6,816 nucleotides of DNA, from positions 1 through 6,816 of the forward strand of contig JAWOFX010000010.1 of the NCBI GenBank assembly GCA_046497275.1, in the 5' to 3' direction. The stretch's first letter is position 1, and every line of letters starts with the position of its first letter. This document shows, in pieces, positions 1 to 6,450 of this stretch. The stretch is from Promethearchaeia archaeon (GTDB taxonomy: Archaea > Asgardarchaeota > Lokiarchaeia > Sigyniarchaeales > SOKP01). The notes beneath the pieces are model-generated. The model saw only the letters and a program-made list of their open reading frames with translations. It had not been told where the DNA came from and did not search any database. A program made the position numbers and the translations under genes.

Positions 1-170
1 GTTAATAAATTAACTCAAATTAATATAATTATAAGGAGTACATTAACTATATTGAGCTGTTTAATTTGAATAGATTAATATATTCTACTTTATCATATGA
101 GTCTTATTATGTAGCCATTAGCTATATGACCTATATTAAATTTTAAAAATTTATTCTAAAATAATACATT

Positions 171-178
171 TTTATAAA
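171..178 (+). promoter_or_regulatory. Candidate archaeal TATA box (TTTATAAA) for the coiled-coil gene
   Basis: TTTATAAA lies 27-34 nt upstream of the ATG at 205, the spacing expected for a leaderless or short-leader archaeal transcript. The region is very AT-rich, so chance is possible. Confidence 0.35.
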
Positions 179-204
179 AATTAAAACTCCAGAGATCAAA
201 CAAT

Positions 205-1668
205 ATGTCAGACGAATCTAAAGAAGAAGAGAATGAAAGGGAATCAAATAAGGAAGTTGAGAAAGTAAATAAGAAATTACTGGCAAAAGCTAAAGATTCA
301 AGGGATTTAATAGACAAACATCTTAAGGATTTTGAAAATAGCATAGAAGAAGCGAAAGATGGAATGGAAAACAAAGATATTCAAGAGGACACGACTGATG
401 AGGAAAAAGAAACAATCGATGAAAAAAAAAACGAACCATCAACACCAAAAAAAAGAATGGAAGAGGTAAGCAGAATAACCAAAGATAAAGAGAAATATTT
501 AGAAGCATTACAAGAGACAATATCTTCATTGGAAGAAAAATATAACCATAAAGTCGAAGAATTGCAAAATTTAGAAGATACTATGGAAATCACAAAAGAG
601 AGTAAAAACAATTTAGAAACAGAATACCAAGAATTATTAGAAAAAAATGAACAAGTGGTAAAGAATTTTGAACAAAGACAAATCGATTTGATGATTCTGT
701 CTGATGATGTTAAAGAAAAAGTAGCCGAGAGAGAGAATCAAAGAAATAAATTACAAGATATTAAAGGAAAGATTGAAGAAAAAGAGAATCAACTCAATAA
801 TAAGCAAGAATCTTTAGACTCATTAGAAAAGAAACTAAAAAGTTTAAAAGCTGAAAATGAAGCGATTAAAGCTTCTATCGGTAAGAATAAGACTGAATTA
901 GAACATTCGAATAACTTGATAGACGCTAAAGAAGAAGAATTAAATCACTTGAATACACAAATAGAGAATAAAGAAAAGGAATTAAAGGAGATGGAAGAGG
1001 ATATAGAGAGGTATAAAGATGGTTTTCCAGAAATAAAAAAACAGAGAGATACTTATGAGCAACTTTTAGAAAAATATAAATATCAAATGACGGAAAAGCA
1101 ACAACAAGTTGTAGAATTAGAATCACGTATTCAAGAACTTAATGACAAAAAAGAGAATCTACAAGAAGAAATCTCAAAAGTAGAGGAATTAGTAAGTGCA
1201 CATGAAGCGAGATTAAATGAAATTAAGAAAAATATCGAAACAACTAAGGATGAATATAAAGAATGGCAGGATAGGTTAGAATCTGTTTCAGATAAATATG
1301 AATCCGTTTCAGAGGAACATGAAAGATTAAAAAATGTAAATGACTCAATCGAAAAAAGTATAAGTGAATCGCAAAAAGTTTTTCAGGATTTAAAAGGTGC
1401 ATTAGAGGGACAAGAAAAAGAGATAAGAGATAAAGAAAGTCGAATTCATCGATTGGAAGTTTTGGGCATAATTTATCGTTTATCTAAATTTTTTGGTGGA
1501 ATTTTACTTGGATTTTCAATTCTTTTCTTGATATTTGGAATAGGAATGTTTTTAAGATTCTTTAATTTTGGATTTGATGATATATATGTTGATTTAATTG
1601 CTCTCATGTTTACAGTCAGTTCAATCTTAATGCTTGCTTCTGGAATCTTCCATTTGGAGAAATCTTAA
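205..1668 (+). CDS. Long coiled-coil protein with two C-terminal transmembrane helices (membrane-anchored rod), function unknown
   Basis: 487-aa ORF. About 420 aa are E/K/Q/N/L-rich with heptad-like periodicity, followed by two hydrophobic segments (FFGGILLGFSILFLIFGIGMFLRFF; IYVDLIALMFTVSSILMLASGIFHL). No Walker A motif, so not an SMC/Rad50 ATPase. Confidence 0.85.
   Translation: MSDESKEEENERESNKEVEKVNKKLLAKAKDSRDLIDKHLKDFENSIEEAKDGMENKDIQEDTTDEEKETIDEKKNEPSTPKKRMEEVSRITKDKEKYLEALQETISSLEEKYNHKVEELQNLEDTMEITKESKNNLETEYQELLEKNEQVVKNFEQRQIDLMILSDDVKEKVAERENQRNKLQDIKGKIEEKENQLNNKQESLDSLEKKLKSLKAENEAIKASIGKNKTELEHSNNLIDAKEEELNHLNTQIENKEKELKEMEEDIERYKDGFPEIKKQRDTYEQLLEKYKYQMTEKQQQVVELESRIQELNDKKENLQEEISKVEELVSAHEARLNEIKKNIETTKDEYKEWQDRLESVSDKYESVSEEHERLKNVNDSIEKSISESQKVFQDLKGALEGQEKEIRDKESRIHRLEVLGIIYRLSKFFGGILLGFSILFLIFGIGMFLRFFNFGFDDIYVDLIALMFTVSSILMLASGIFHLEKS
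1279..1320 (+). repeat. In-frame 21-bp (one heptad) tandem duplication in the coiled-coil gene
   Basis: gaatctgtttcagataaatat / gaatccgtttcagaggaacat, 17/21 identical, encoding ESVSDKY / ESVSEEH. Confidence 0.75.
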
Positions 1669-1746
1669 TGAGCTTAATTAATAAATTCTCAATATATTAT
1701 TATTTAGTCTTGAATAAGAAACTTCCAATAAAAAAAATGATTAAAG

Positions 1747-3708
1747 ATGAGAGATGAAGGAAGAGAAGGATTGGATGAAATCGATGATAAGTTTGAGAAG
1801 AAATTAGGTCTTTTTCCGCTTATAGTTCTAGGCCTTTCATCCTTAACGGGGGCAGGAATTTATTCGTTATTAGGACCCTCGGCTGAGATCGCAGGACAAT
1901 CGATGATAATGTCTTTTTTCATCGGTGTAGTACTCGCTTTTTTTCTTGCAGGATTGTATTCTGAATTAGTTGCGATCAATCCAGAAAGTGGAGGAGCTTT
2001 TGTATTTGTTGAAAAAGCTTTTGGAAGAAAAGCTCTGTATCTTGGTTGGACCACATGGCTGGCTAATATGTCCTATGGTGCACTAGTTGCCCATACAGCT
2101 GCCATATTTATTACAGGATTATTTAATATTCCTACTGGTTATAGTTTACTCATTGGAATAGGATTCATAATTATAATGAGCGGGGCTAATATACTTGGTT
2201 CAAATTTTTTATCAAAGGTTCAAATTCCATTAACATTCGCCCTTATATTTTCGCTTGTTATCGGTTCGATATATCTATTTTTAAATCCGGATCCTTCCTT
2301 TAATTGGAATATACGTTCCTTTATGCCTTATACTATCATTCCCACATTTATGGCTGCAGCATTAATGTTTAATATATTTATAGGCTTTGAGGATATTTGT
2401 GCTATTTCAGAAGAAACAAAAGAACCAGAGAAAAATATTCCAAGAGCATATTTAGTTATGCTTATTGTTGCATCTGGATTCTATTCAATGGTTATATTCT
2501 CATTACTTATTTCAACATCAATGGAAGCCATAATTGGTAGCGAAATCGCATTTCTGGAGGCTGTTGAAGAGAATCCAATTGTGTATTTTATAGTTTTTTT
2601 TGGGGCAATTTTTTCACTTATAGCAACATCAGGAGTAGCTTTAATGACTTCGTCTCGTAATGTTTTTGCGCTCTCTAGAAAAGATTTTATTAATAGAAGA
2701 TATAGTCAATTAGATCCGAAAACAGGTACTCCCGTAAAAGCAATTTTTTTATCAACTATGATAACTATTTTAATTTTAATCAGCGGGCAAATAGAGTTTT
2801 ACGCATCAATTTCATCAGTATCTTACATGCTTGCCAAAATAGCTATGGGGATGTCGGTCTTTAAATTTCGCAAAACATATGATTACCCAAAAAAAGCTTT
2901 TAAACTACCAGGGCACCCTATTAGTACACTTATTGCAATTGGAACTGCCTTTTTATTGATAATCTCTTTAGGTTTAGATAGCATTCTCGTTGCATTATTT
3001 TGGTTGTTAATTGGATTAATTCTTTATTTATTTTTCAGCAGTAAGAGAAGGGTTTATGGTACTGTCTTTTTAGTCTCAGCTTTCTTATTTACACTTTCTG
3101 ATATGATGATAGGGCTCATAATCCTTGGTGTAGGTTTTATTTATTATTTATTAACAATTACCGATCGCAATTCTTTAAAACTGATATTAGCTGGAATGAA
3201 ATTCTTTTTTATCATTTTCATCGGGATAATGATTTGGCTTATTAAGAATATTGGAATATTAGATGCGTTTAATCCGACATTTATTCCATTTTTTGATAAG
3301 GTTTTACTAAATATTTTAATATTCATTTGTATTTTTTCATTAGGGACCGTATTATTAGATATAATTCCTCTTAAAGAATGGGTATATTATTTCATTAGGA
3401 AAAAGGAACAAGAACAAGTTGCTATTATCGTCGGTTCCGGTCAAATAATTGAGTTAGAACCAAAAAAACGTAAAATAATTCATATTATAAATGACATTAT
3501 AGGAATCTTTCAAATTCTCTTTTTTGTATATATCATTATACTCGTAAGCTTAATTGGGTTAAATGTCATTTCCATTCAAATCTTCTTTTCAGAAATGGTT
3601 AGCGAATTCATTTTAATGGTTATCTTAACAATTTTTGGATCTATCCTCTTAAGCTCAGGGTCATTTTTAATTTATATTAATATAGAATCTAAAGGAATTG
3701 GAATCTAG
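1747..3708 (+). CDS. APC-superfamily amino acid/polyamine permease with an extra C-terminal membrane domain
   Basis: APC motifs are present: TM1 GLSSLTGAGIYSLLG, PESGGAFVFVEKAFG, TM6 FIGFEDICAISEETKEPEKNIPRA, and KLPGHP before the last core TMs. About 220 additional, mostly hydrophobic residues follow the core. Substrate cannot be determined from sequence. Confidence 0.9.
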   Translation: MRDEGREGLDEIDDKFEKKLGLFPLIVLGLSSLTGAGIYSLLGPSAEIAGQSMIMSFFIGVVLAFFLAGLYSELVAINPESGGAFVFVEKAFGRKALYLGWTTWLANMSYGALVAHTAAIFITGLFNIPTGYSLLIGIGFIIIMSGANILGSNFLSKVQIPLTFALIFSLVIGSIYLFLNPDPSFNWNIRSFMPYTIIPTFMAAALMFNIFIGFEDICAISEETKEPEKNIPRAYLVMLIVASGFYSMVIFSLLISTSMEAIIGSEIAFLEAVEENPIVYFIVFFGAIFSLIATSGVALMTSSRNVFALSRKDFINRRYSQLDPKTGTPVKAIFLSTMITILILISGQIEFYASISSVSYMLAKIAMGMSVFKFRKTYDYPKKAFKLPGHPISTLIAIGTAFLLIISLGLDSILVALFWLLIGLILYLFFSSKRRVYGTVFLVSAFLFTLSDMMIGLIILGVGFIYYLLTITDRNSLKLILAGMKFFFIIFIGIMIWLIKNIGILDAFNPTFIPFFDKVLLNILIFICIFSLGTVLLDIIPLKEWVYYFIRKKEQEQVAIIVGSGQIIELEPKKRKIIHIINDIIGIFQILFFVYIIILVSLIGLNVISIQIFFSEMVSEFILMVILTIFGSILLSSGSFLIYINIESKGIGI

Positions 3709-3727
3709 AATCTAAAGGAATTGGAAT
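3683..3727 (+). repeat. Tandem duplication (23-nt period) between the permease stop codon and the element right end
   Basis: TAGAATCTAAAGGAATTGGAAT occurs at 3683-3704 and 3706-3727 (22/22 identical). The second copy runs directly into the element terminus ATGCAT at 3726. Confidence 0.95.
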
Positions 3728-3900
3728 GCATTTTAAAGAGCGCACATCTCTGTGGACCGCAACACATACGTGAATTGGCATTATGTAGTACTACTACACA
3801 TAAACAGTTTGAGTCTTTGCCAAAAATTCTTTTAAACTCATTTGATACCTTTGTGGTTTGATGTTACTTATTCCCACTTTGTTGTTTAACTTTAATTCTT
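3706..3900 (-). ncRNA. Putative orphan omegaRNA/reRNA (scaffold plus guide TCCAATTCCTTTAGATTCTA). The 5' boundary is approximate.
   Basis: TnpB guide RNAs are known to derive from the element right end plus the adjacent flank. On the minus strand the conserved terminal structure includes stem CAC-[GTAT]-GTG and AGAG-atgtgcg-CTCT. Expression is not shown by the sequence. Confidence 0.5.
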
Positions 3901-4054
3901 TGGTGGGGCGTCCGTTTGAGGCGGAAAATTTTATGGGTGGGGTAGTGGTAAATTTAGGAACCCTTTTTTTTGCTTGTTTTGGGCTTATCCTTTCATATTT
4001 TTTCAGATTTTCTTGAGCTTTTTTAACTTCAGAGATGGAAAAATCTTTTGTAGT
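3726..4054 (-). mobile_element. Degenerate, tnpB-deleted copy (copy A) of an IS200/IS605- or IS607-type element: right end plus tnpB 3' tail. The left boundary is uncertain and may extend to ~4128.
   Basis: Colinear homology with 6273-6534. The terminal 27 nt are 25/27 identical, the GCAACAC and GTGAAT blocks are shared, and the tail-coding region aligns without gaps. Homology with copy B ends sharply at ATGCAT. Confidence 0.85.
3794..4054 (-). pseudogene. tnpB: 3' fragment of tnpB (C-terminal tail only, no RuvC motifs, no upstream start codon)
   Basis: The stop-to-stop open frame reads TTKDFSISEVKKAQENLKKYERISPKQAKKRVPKFTTTPPIKFSASNGRPTKELKLNNKVGISNIKPQRYQMSLKEFLAKTQTVYV*. Its last 60 aa are 31/60 identical to the copy B TnpB tail. 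It is absent from the supplied ORF track. Confidence 0.85.
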
Positions 4055-4494
4055 TCAGTTTAGATTTGAAATTTCAAAATATGAAAATTTATAAAAATTA
4101 TATATACCCACTCTCCGAAATTAGAAATCTATTATATTCCCATTAAGATCTCTATAGTTTCTATATTTCTCAATCTCAATTATTATCAAAGTTTAGGAAC
4201 AATATTATTTGCTGTTTTTATGAGATTTATTATTAAGAATGTAGTGATTCAATCTTTAGTATATTTTCTATAATATGTTTAAAATTTATTATTGAACATC
4301 TTAAAATCATTTAATTTGATACTTTCAATGTTAAAATACTTATACTATAAAACATAAGCTAATGGATAAAATCATTTTAACCCATAAATTTTAGAAGATG
4401 AATTAGTTATAATTTGTATATTTCATCCAAAAATTTTTATTTTTTTGATATGTTCATAATTCAATTTTCAATCAATAAATAGAATGTGATATGT

Positions 4495-5124
4495 ATGGCA
4501 GAAGTAGAATGGAAAAGGAATATCATTAAAACAATTATTTACAGAATCATTACACTAATTTTGGGAACAATTACAGTATTTTTGGCTACAGGAGATCTCG
4601 CCGTTGCTGGAATCGTTGCATTAATAACCGAAGCAGTACAATCTGTAAATTATTTTATATTTGAAACTATATGGGATACTTATGAAAAAAGAAGATTGCG
4701 TGAGAAATTCGAAAAAGAACTGATTAATAGAGAAGTTGATATAAAAATTAAATATCTGTTCCTGAAAGATTTGTCTTATGAATTATCTCAAATGGATACG
4801 TTTATTGCTGATGTTTATAATTCTATTTTGGATTTTTATAATAGAATGTTAAAGAATGAACAACTTAAGGATATTCATGAGGATATTTTAAAACATAGAG
4901 AACATTTCATAAAGGTACATGCGCGTAGGAACTTCCCAGAAAGAGAGGAACTTGAAGTGATTAAAGATCTATTGGAAGAAAAAGACTTGGAAAAAAAAAT
5001 AGAGGAGAAGGAGGGAGAGGAAAAACAGGATGAGGAAAAACTTAAGAAAGCAGATATTGAAGAAAAGGATAAAAATAAGGAAAATAAAGAAGAAGAAGAC
5101 TTAACTCCAGGGGCTATTGAATAG
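4495..5124 (+). CDS. DUF2061-like membrane protein with a soluble helical domain and a charged low-complexity tail
   Basis: The N-terminus KRNIIKTIIYRIITLILGTITVFLATGDLAVAGIVALITEAVQSVNYFIFETIW fits the DUF2061 pattern as I recall it (K..K...R......T....TG........E......Y...E..W). ATG 4495 is preferred over GTG 4486. The tail is E/K/D-rich. Confidence 0.7.
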   Translation: MAEVEWKRNIIKTIIYRIITLILGTITVFLATGDLAVAGIVALITEAVQSVNYFIFETIWDTYEKRRLREKFEKELINREVDIKIKYLFLKDLSYELSQMDTFIADVYNSILDFYNRMLKNEQLKDIHEDILKHREHFIKVHARRNFPEREELEVIKDLLEEKDLEKKIEEKEGEEKQDEEKLKKADIEEKDKNKENKEEEDLTPGAIE

Positions 5125-5137
5125 AAGATTCTCCAAC

Positions 5138-5344
5138 CTAAAAATGATTTAGCTTTTTTATTTCATCTTTTTGTAATATTATTTCAGAGGCTTTAGCATT
5201 TTCTTTTAAATGTGAGATATTTGCTCTTAATAGCTTTTTCCAGCGCTCATAAAACTTTTCTGATTCTCCTGGAAAAATTCCATATGTGCCCATTCCTAAA
5301 ATAGGAATTTCCTCTTGTGATTTGTTTAACTTAATGTATCCCAT
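5138..5344 (-). pseudogene. Aldo/keto reductase remnant with a large in-frame internal deletion
   Basis: An AKR-type N-terminus (YIKLNKSQEEIPILGMGTYGI...WKKLLR) is joined directly to an AKR-type C-terminus (NISHLKENAKASEIILQKDEIKKL). At 68 aa it is far shorter than the roughly 270-330 aa typical of the family, and the catalytic region is absent. Confidence 0.75.
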
Positions 5345-5477
5345 ATTGAATATATAAATTATTAGAGATTTTAATCATGCTGATTAAAATTTATCAACTT
5401 TAAACGAAAATATTTACTAGATTAATTTAATATTTAATAGTTTTCTAAATAAAAAAAATATTTAGGCGATTAAGAAC

Positions 5478-6218
5478 GTGTTGTTCCCAAAAATTAATCT
5501 TCATATTCACTCCATTTATTCTGACGGTAGAAATGATATAGGCACGATAGTTAAAAGGACAATTAAATTAGAATTTAATTTTATTGCCATTACTGATCAT
5601 TTTTCTAATGCCTGGAAATCGGGAGTTATTAAAACCTTAGATTCTTCTAAAAAGATAAATCTTTATTTAGAGGAGATAGAACATCAAAATGATTATCTAA
5701 TAGGAAAGAATGTTAATCTAAAAATCTTAAAAGGGATTGAAATAGATTTAGGCAGTTCTTACAAATATATTGAAAAACTAATTGATCCCAATAGATTCGA
5801 TTTAATCTTACTAGAGTATTTAGAAGATTCCGAATCAATTGGATTTATTAACAATTTAATCAGAAGTTGGAAAAATAAAATTCAAAATGATAATCCGTTT
5901 CCAATTTTAGGATTAGCTCATTTTGATCCTTCCCATTTTGCGTATAAAAACACCCAAACCTTATTTAATTTCATGGAAAGCAATCAAATTTATTATGAAT
6001 TTAATTCTGCGTATTCTAATTATTATTCCAAAAAATACCAAGAAATTTTTTTTGATAAATTAAAAGAATATGATATTCCTGTGGGAATCGGAAGTGATTC
6101 TCATAATATAAATGAACTAAAATTTATAGAAGAACCTTTTGAAATGATAAAATATTATGGTTTAGAAAAGAACTACACATTACTAATAACAACCTTAAAT
6201 GAATTTAAACATCAATAA
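5478..6218 (+). CDS. PHP-domain metal-dependent phosphoesterase (YcdX/HisJ/PolX-PHP-like), stand-alone
   Basis: The PHP metal-ligand motifs appear in order: NLHIHSIYSDG, AITDH, GIEID, GLAH, EFNS, GSDSH. 246 aa, GTG start. Confidence 0.9.
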   Translation: MLFPKINLHIHSIYSDGRNDIGTIVKRTIKLEFNFIAITDHFSNAWKSGVIKTLDSSKKINLYLEEIEHQNDYLIGKNVNLKILKGIEIDLGSSYKYIEKLIDPNRFDLILLEYLEDSESIGFINNLIRSWKNKIQNDNPFPILGLAHFDPSHFAYKNTQTLFNFMESNQIYYEFNSAYSNYYSKKYQEIFFDKLKEYDIPVGIGSDSHNINELKFIEEPFEMIKYYGLEKNYTLLITTLNEFKHQ

Positions 6219-6234
6219 AATTTTACTCTCATCA

Positions 6235-6242
6235 TTTTTTTT
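6235..6242 (+). terminator. Candidate archaeal oligo-T terminator of the PHP gene
   Basis: A T8 run starts 17 nt after the stop codon, with no GC hairpin. Confidence 0.35.
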
Positions 6243-6252
6243 CCAATTTGTT

Positions 6253-6450
6253 TCTATTTTAAAAAATGGACTATGCATTTTTAAGAGTGCACATCTCTGC
6301 AACCAGCAACACGTTTGTGAATGCGGTATTAGGTAAAACTACTAATAAACTTCACACATAGGCAACACGAGTCATCTTTAAAAACTCTCTTGGACTCATT
6401 TGATGCCTTTGCGGTCTAACTCTGCTTTCATTTAATCTGGCTTTCCTTTT
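6253..6450 (-). ncRNA. Putative cognate omegaRNA/reRNA of copy B (guide AGTCCATTTTTTAAAATAGA). The 5' boundary is approximate.
   Basis: Positioned at the tnpB 3' end and right end. Minus-strand stem ACC-GCA-tt-CAC-[AAAC]-GTG-t-TGC-t-GGT and AGAG-atgtgca-CTCT, with sequence blocks conserved with copy A. Confidence 0.55.

Noticed and set aside
1-200. AT-only palindromes (e.g. ATTTTTATAAAAAT 168-181) and an AAGGAG motif near 33-38
   Set aside because: Such palindromes are common at this AT content, and the SD-like motif has no ORF downstream at a suitable spacing.
214-223. 10-nt match (gaatctaaag) to guide A in the coiled-coil gene start
   Set aside because: It covers only the TAM-distal part of the guide with no seed match, and is expected by chance.
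156-1126. Short ORFs 156-374, 323-529, 381-611 and 926-1126 on the minus strand
   Set aside because: They are antisense shadows of the purine-rich coiled-coil gene, with S/L/F-rich composition and no motifs.
205-1668. Annotation as SMC/Rad50 or chromosome segregation protein
   Set aside because: No Walker A/B or hinge/hook motif is present, and it has C-terminal TM helices. Any such hit would be compositional.
1860-3326. Minus-strand ORFs 1860-2054 and 3144-3326
   Set aside because: They lie fully inside the well-supported permease on the opposite strand and have no recognisable features.
3683-3727. Direct repeat as a CRISPR array or a target-site duplication
   Set aside because: There are only two units, separated by 1 nt, with no spacer and no cas genes. 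Both copies lie on the same side of the element, so it is not a classical TSD.
6253-6272. In-window target for guide B
   Set aside because: The best match I saw is 6 nt (TGGACT at 6391-6396) with no TAGAT-like flank. No real target is present in the window.
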